Origin: Gammaproteobacteria bacterium
GTDB taxonomy: Bacteria > Pseudomonadota > Gammaproteobacteria > Porifericomitales > Porifericomitaceae
Length of the DNA: 64,000 nucleotides
Assembly: GCA_014238615.1 (NCBI GenBank)
Contig: JABAAT010000024.1
Span: 23,802-87,801, forward strand
Reading direction: 5' to 3'
The translations under genes were made by a program, and so were the position numbers. The notes under the pieces were generated by a model. The model saw nothing but the letters and a program-made list of their open reading frames with translations. It searched no databases and had not been told where the DNA came from. Of the stretch, positions 58,942 to 64,000 are shown piece after piece; positions within the stretch are counted from its first letter, which is position 1; each line of letters opens with the position of its first letter.

Positions 58942-61239
58942 TTAAAAGGCCGTGCCATAAGTGAATTGGAAACGCTGAGTGCGATCTTCGGGCTGGCTCC
59001 CAAAGGGCACCGAGAAGCTTAAACTCAGCACTCCCAGGGGGGAAAGCCAGATACCACTGATGCCTCCCGCGTAACGTAGATCACCGAGCGACAGGGATTC
59101 CTGCTCCAGATCGTACACGTTTCCGCTGTCCAGAAACAGGGCCAGGCGCAATTGCTCGGTATTTTCAAGGAAAGGCAGCGGCAGAATTAACTCCGTACTG
59201 CCCAGCAGCTTGAGATTCCCGCCGCGCGGCGCGTCCGAGCTGTCCCTCGGGCCCAGCGTGTTGTCTTCGTAACCGCGTACGGAGCGCGGCCCTCCGAGAT
59301 AGAAATTCTCAAAGAAGGGCAATTGCTTCGTGGAACTGTAACCCCTGCCGTAACCCAACTGCCCACGCACCTTCAGCACGTATTCGTCAACCAGCGGAAA
59401 GTACGTGACACCGCGCAGTTCCAGCTTGAAAAAATGCAGGGCGTTCCTGAAGTTGGGCAGACCGGCTTCGCCACGCAGGCTGAGCAGCACGCCCTTGTTC
59501 GGCAGAAAAGCGCGGTTGCGGGTGTCGTAAGACAAGCTGCTGGAAAATCGCAGAATATTGAATTCGTCGCCGACACTGTCCAGGAATTCCTGCACATCGG
59601 TGCTGGTGGAACTGGTCGTGGTCAGGAAAGTGCGGTCCAGGTGCAGGGAGACATTGAACTGGTTGTATTCCGAGAACGGTATGCCGAAAGAGAAACCACC
59701 GCCCAGGACTTTCGAGGTAAAGCTGGTAATGTTGGCCTCGGATGCGTCGGTCTTACGGTAATAAACGTCGATGCCGCGACTCACGCCGTCAATGGTATAA
59801 AAGGGATTCAGGTAACTCAGTGAGAACCGGCGGTCCACATCGCTGTTGTTGAACTCGAACTGCATCCGGTTGCCGCTGCCGATAAAGTTGTCCTGGGTGA
59901 TGCTGAGCTTGAGAATCAACCCTTGGCTTTGGGAAAAACCGAGACCGGCGAGCAGGTTCCCGGAAGGGCTCTCCGTCACGGAATAATTCACATCCACCTG
60001 GTCGTCCACCCCGGACACGGCCTGCGTCTCCACCCCAACGCCTTGAAAATACCCCAGGCGCTGCAGGCGCACCCGGCCGCGCTCCACCTGGGTGCTGGAA
60101 AACCAGGCGCCCTCCTGCTGGCGCATCTGGCGCCGCAGCACCTCGTCGCGCGTGCTGATGTTGCCGGAAAACAGGATACGGCGCACGTACACCCGCTTCC
60201 CCGGATCGACGTAGAAAGTCACGGCCGCGGTGTGCGTCACATCATCAATATCCGGCACCGGGTTGACATTCGCGAAAGCATAGCCGTCCTCTCCCAGGCG
60301 CTCGTTGATGCGGTCGGCGGCGGCCAGCACCTTCTTGCGCGAAAACAGCTCGCCGCGGCGCAGCCGCACCAGCGGCAACAGCTGCTCCCCGGTCCCCACC
60401 AGATCTCCGGACAGCAGCAGGTCTGAAATGTTATAGCGGCCTCCTTCCTCGATGTTCACCGTGATGTAGATATTCCGCCGATCGGGTGAGATGGAGACCT
60501 GCGTGGAGTCGATTTGAAAGCGCAGGTAGCCTCGATCCAGGTAGAAGGAACGCAGGGCCTGCAGATCGCCGGACAGCTTCTCACGCGAATACTGGTTAGC
60601 GGTGGAAAAAAAACTGAACCAGCCGCCCTCGCTGGACTTGAACTCATCCAGCAGCTCCTCCTCCTCGAAATCGGAGTAGCCGACAATCCTGATGCGCCTG
60701 ATGCGCGCCACGCTGCCTTCGTCAATCTCCAGGTGCACCGCAACGCGGTTTTCCTCCATGGCCTCGGTCACGGAGCGCACGCTGACTCCATAGCGGCCGA
60801 ACGAAAAGTACTGGCGGCGCAGTTCCTGCTCAATGCGATCCAACTGCGACTTGTCAAAGATGCGGCCCTCGGCGAAACCCACCTGCTGCAGTGCTTCCAC
60901 GAGATCTTCGGTCTTCAGGCGTTTGTTTCCGGAAAATTCAATGCGGCCGATGGCCGGGCGCTCGCGCACGACGATCAACAGGACTTCGCCTTCCCGATCC
61001 AAACGCACATCCTCAAATAAGCCGGTTTCATACAACGCCCGGATGGCGGGCGCCGAATCCCCCTCGGTGAACAGGTCGCCTACCTTGAAGGGGAAATAGT
61101 TGAAGACCGTGCCTTCGTCGATACGCTGCAGGCCGCTGACCCGTATGTCGCGCAGCACGAAATCGGCGGACAGCGCTGAGCCGGCGGACAGCAGGCTTAA
61201 AGCGAGCAACACGCCGCGGGAGGAAATGGATACCGGCAT
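58942..61239 (-). CDS. bamA: Outer membrane protein assembly factor BamA
   Basis: DIRVSGLQRI, POTRA repeats, TRDEVLRR, VRGY, C-terminal FQF..G..F. Confidence 0.98.
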   Translation of the reverse strand: MPVSISSRGVLLALSLLSAGSALSADFVLRDIRVSGLQRIDEGTVFNYFPFKVGDLFTEGDSAPAIRALYETGLFEDVRLDREGEVLLIVVRERPAIGRIEFSGNKRLKTEDLVEALQQVGFAEGRIFDKSQLDRIEQELRRQYFSFGRYGVSVRSVTEAMEENRVAVHLEIDEGSVARIRRIRIVGYSDFEEEELLDEFKSSEGGWFSFFSTANQYSREKLSGDLQALRSFYLDRGYLRFQIDSTQVSISPDRRNIYITVNIEEGGRYNISDLLLSGDLVGTGEQLLPLVRLRRGELFSRKKVLAAADRINERLGEDGYAFANVNPVPDIDDVTHTAAVTFYVDPGKRVYVRRILFSGNISTRDEVLRRQMRQQEGAWFSSTQVERGRVRLQRLGYFQGVGVETQAVSGVDDQVDVNYSVTESPSGNLLAGLGFSQSQGLILKLSITQDNFIGSGNRMQFEFNNSDVDRRFSLSYLNPFYTIDGVSRGIDVYYRKTDASEANITSFTSKVLGGGFSFGIPFSEYNQFNVSLHLDRTFLTTTSSTSTDVQEFLDSVGDEFNILRFSSSLSYDTRNRAFLPNKGVLLSLRGEAGLPNFRNALHFFKLELRGVTYFPLVDEYVLKVRGQLGYGRGYSSTKQLPFFENFYLGGPRSVRGYEDNTLGPRDSSDAPRGGNLKLLGSTELILPLPFLENTEQLRLALFLDSGNVYDLEQESLSLGDLRYAGGISGIWLSPLGVLSLSFSVPFGSQPEDRTQRFQFTYGTAF

Positions 61240-61298
61240 ATGGCTTAAACGTGGGTGGGATGTGAGGTGGGGCAGAAAGGCCGAGGAGTAAGGCTGCC

Positions 61299-62693
61299 TT
61301 AAAACAGCTTCAAGTTGAGAATGTCATTGTAACTCACAAACAACAGCAGTCCCAATAACAGGCCCCAGCCCATGAGCCAGGTGGCATGTAACAGTTTTTC
61401 CGGCAGCGGGCGCCCCCGGCGAAGTCCCTCCAGCACCGCGCAGAGTATATGGGCGCCGTCCAGGGGTGGGATGGGCAACAAGTTCAGCAATCCCAGGTTG
61501 ATGCTGAACAGCGCCAGGAAAAACAGGTAGTAACCCAGCCCCCGGCGGGCGCTGATCCCGGAGAAGCGCGCGATGCCGACGGGCCCGCTCAACTGGTCCG
61601 CAGGCACCTTGCCGGAGAACAGCCAGCCCAGAAAACGCCCGGTCACCACGGTGCTGAGCACGCTCTCTTCGAAGCCGCGCTTCAGTGCGTCCCAAGGTGG
61701 ATAACGTTCCAGCACCTGGTGACGGAGTATCCACTCACGCAGGGGTTCGGTGTCCGGGCGCACGCCGATGACAGCGCGTTGGGTTCCATCGGCTTCGACA
61801 CGCGCCTCCGGGATCACCTGGAGATTCAGCAACTCCCCGTCGCGCCGCACTTCCACGGCCAACGGCTGGCCGGCGTTTGCCGCCAGCGCCGGGCCCAGCT
61901 TCGACCAGACCGGGATCGGCTGCCCGGATACCGCCGTCACCAGGTCGCCGGGGCGCAGACCGGCAAGGTCCGCCGGCCCCTCTGGTATGATTTCGCCTAA
62001 CACCATCGGAGGCTCCCTGCTCAGGCCCATCACCTCCAGCACGCCTTCCCGCACCATGCGCCTTGCCGTCAGATCCCCCATTTCCAGGGTGAATTCGCCT
62101 TCGTAGTCGCTGCTCACGGCCCAAACGCGAATGCGACCGCCCTGTTCGTAGGAGTCCATCATGCGCAACAACACGACCTTCCAGGTCGGCGTGGGATGTC
62201 CCTCCACGCTTTCGATCTCCAAACCGCCGTGCAGTCCGGCCGCGGCGCCCGGGCTGTCCGGGAACACCGCGCCGAGCACCGGACGCGCGCCGGGAATCCC
62301 TACCAGGTAAGCCGCCCAGAACAATAGTACGGCCAGCAGAATGTTGGCCGCCGGCCCGGCCAGGGCGACCAGCACGCGCTGCCAGACCGGACGCCGGTTC
62401 AGGGCCCGGTGCCGCAGGTCAGGCGGCACCTTTTCCACCATGCGCTCGTCCAGCATCATGACGTAGCCGCCAAGCGGCACTGCGGCGATCATGAACTCGA
62501 CCTGGTCCGCGCCGAATTTGCGCTTCCAAAGCGGCTTGCCCATGCCAACGGAAAAGCGCAGCACCAGTACGCCGCACAGCCGTGCGACCAGAAAATGGCC
62601 GAATTCATGCACCGTCACGAGGATGCCGAACGCGATCAGGAAAGCCAGCACCGTAAATAAAAGTTGGCCGGCGTGAGAAATTAATTCTTGCAT
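61299..62693 (-). CDS. rseP: Regulator of sigma-E protease RseP
   Basis: HEFGH, FSVGMG, PLGGYV, AGPAAN, PDZ domains, [10 protein letters not shown]. Confidence 0.97.
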   Translation of the reverse strand: MQELISHAGQLLFTVLAFLIAFGILVTVHEFGHFLVARLCGVLVLRFSVGMGKPLWKRKFGADQVEFMIAAVPLGGYVMMLDERMVEKVPPDLRHRALNRRPVWQRVLVALAGPAANILLAVLLFWAAYLVGIPGARPVLGAVFPDSPGAAAGLHGGLEIESVEGHPTPTWKVVLLRMMDSYEQGGRIRVWAVSSDYEGEFTLEMGDLTARRMVREGVLEVMGLSREPPMVLGEIIPEGPADLAGLRPGDLVTAVSGQPIPVWSKLGPALAANAGQPLAVEVRRDGELLNLQVIPEARVEADGTQRAVIGVRPDTEPLREWILRHQVLERYPPWDALKRGFEESVLSTVVTGRFLGWLFSGKVPADQLSGPVGIARFSGISARRGLGYYLFFLALFSINLGLLNLLPIPPLDGAHILCAVLEGLRRGRPLPEKLLHATWLMGWGLLLGLLLFVSYNDILNLKLF

Positions 62694-63907
62694 TCCATGC
62701 GCTCCTGAATGTGGCGTGCAGCCGAGGCGCGCGCCTGTCGATCCGCTTCCCGTACCTGCTCCAGAGTGTCGGCCGGCGCGATGGGTTGCACCTCCAGCAC
62801 TGCCTCGATGACCCTGAAGATGTCCGGAAAACGCAGGCGGCCATCCAGGAAAGCGGCGACCGCCTCCTCGTTCGCCGCGTTCAATACGGCGGGCGCCGTG
62901 GCACCCCGCTCCAGCGCCGCGCGGGCCAACCGCAGGCAAGGAAAACGCTCCTCGTCTGGATCCTCAAACTCCAGCGGTCCGGCGCGCGCCAGCTCCAGGA
63001 AATCCACCCCTGCGTCCATGCGCCGCGGCCAGGCCAAGGCATGCGCGATAGGGGTGCGCATGTCGGGCCTGGAAAGCTGGGCCAGCATGGAGCCGTCCAG
63101 GTACTCTACCAGCGAATGCACGATGCTTTGCGGATGCACCACCACTTGTACGCGCTCCGGCGCGACTGCAAACAGGTGGCAGGCCTCGATCACTTCCAGT
63201 CCCTTGTTCATCATGGTAGCCGAATCCACCGAGATCTTCGGACCCATGCTCCAGTTCGGATGCCGGCAGGCCTGTTCCGGAGTCACCTCGGCCAGGCGCG
63301 CCGCGCTCCAGTCACGGAAGGGCCCGCCGGAGGCGGTCAACAGCAGGCGCCGCACGCCCCAGGTGCCAGCATGCGCCGACTTCCCGGGCAGGCATTGGAA
63401 GAGCGCGTTGTGCTCGCTGTCCACGGGTAATAGTTCGCCGCCCCCCTCGACCACCGCCCGCATGAACAGCTCGCCCGCCATCACCAGGGCTTCCTTGTTC
63501 GCGAGTAACAGGCGCTTGCCGGCATGCGCCGCGGCCAAGGTCGGCTCGAGGCCGGCGGCCCCGACGATGGCGGCTATCACACAGTCGCTCTCCGGCGCCG
63601 CGGCGACCTGCCGCAAGGCTTCGACCCCGCCCAGGACCTCCACCTCGGGCAGTTCCAGCCGCAGCTGGCGCGCCAGCTCCTCGGCCCTGTCCGGGTCGGC
63701 CAGGACCGCGTGGCGCGGCTTCCAACGCTTGCACTGCCGGTACAGGACCTGCACGTTCCGGTGCGCGGTAAGCGCCGTCACCCGGAAACGCTCGGGATGA
63801 AGTTCCAAAACCTGCAGGGTGCTGGCACCAATGCTTCCGGTGGAACCCAGGATCGCGACACCTTGCACGCCTTCCCCCTCGCCTCCGTGACGGACCGTGG
63901 AATTCAC
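62681..63907 (-). CDS. dxr: 1-deoxy-D-xylulose-5-phosphate reductoisomerase
   Basis: [49 protein letters not shown]. Confidence 0.98.
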   Translation of the reverse strand: MNSTVRHGGEGEGVQGVAILGSTGSIGASTLQVLELHPERFRVTALTAHRNVQVLYRQCKRWKPRHAVLADPDRAEELARQLRLELPEVEVLGGVEALRQVAAAPESDCVIAAIVGAAGLEPTLAAAHAGKRLLLANKEALVMAGELFMRAVVEGGGELLPVDSEHNALFQCLPGKSAHAGTWGVRRLLLTASGGPFRDWSAARLAEVTPEQACRHPNWSMGPKISVDSATMMNKGLEVIEACHLFAVAPERVQVVVHPQSIVHSLVEYLDGSMLAQLSRPDMRTPIAHALAWPRRMDAGVDFLELARAGPLEFEDPDEERFPCLRLARAALERGATAPAVLNAANEEAVAAFLDGRLRFPDIFRVIEAVLEVQPIAPADTLEQVREADRQARASAARHIQERMECKN

Positions 63908-64000
63908 ACTCCGCTCCAGTCGCGCAGCATGCGACCGCCCAGATCGAAGACCGGGGTCGCCAGGAGCAGGCCGTCGACACGGTCCAGTACACCACCGTGA
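63904..64000 (-). CDS. cdsA: Phosphatidate cytidylyltransferase, C-terminal end
   Basis: Minus strand [18 protein letters not shown]...stop; the CdsA signature, in its usual position before dxr. Confidence 0.9.
   Translation of the reverse strand, partial: HGGVLDRVDGLLLATPVFDLGGRMLRDWSGV

Noticed and set aside
1-64000. CRISPR array, tRNA, rRNA, tmRNA, transposase or integrase
   Set aside because: No regularly spaced repeat-spacer units, cloverleaf/T-loop signatures or recombinase ORFs were seen, including the usual tRNA-Leu site after secG.

Overview
A GC-rich gammaproteobacterial chromosome segment, non-enterobacterial judging by hisZ, scpAB and the cdsA-dxr-rseP order. It is mostly conserved housekeeping operons: cdsA-dxr-rseP-bamA-skp-lpxD-fabZ-lpxA-lpxB-rnhB-dnaE-accA-tilS; trpS-scpA-scpB-rluB...tpiA-secG; orn-nnr-tsaE-amiB-mutL-miaA-hfq-hflX-hflK-hflC-DUF2065-hisZ; yciB-yciI-bolA-dapE; purL; sulfite/nitrite reductase plus DUF934. 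I found no rRNA, tRNA, CRISPR array, transposase or integrase. Unusual parts: (1) a 43.8-48.2 kb block in which a large secreted TPR protein, an orphan RnfD lacking its FMN-acceptor Thr and a deleted rnfG remnant are bracketed by two non-coding elements carrying four copies of GCCGTTACGT as inverted pairs, with about 35 bp of inverted homology; (2) an approximately 918-aa helical-repeat protein with a DUF2325-like C-terminus, translationally coupled inside the rluB-tpiA operon; (3) a nitroreductase-MoaB fusion; (4) a PP2C-TM-FGE domain 'receptor phosphatase'; (5) a MutL without the endonuclease motifs; (6) several candidate regulatory elements (a palindrome over the amiB promoter, a long hfq leader with direct repeats, a structured hflX-hflK spacer). 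Family assignments come from motif recognition only; no database searches were run.
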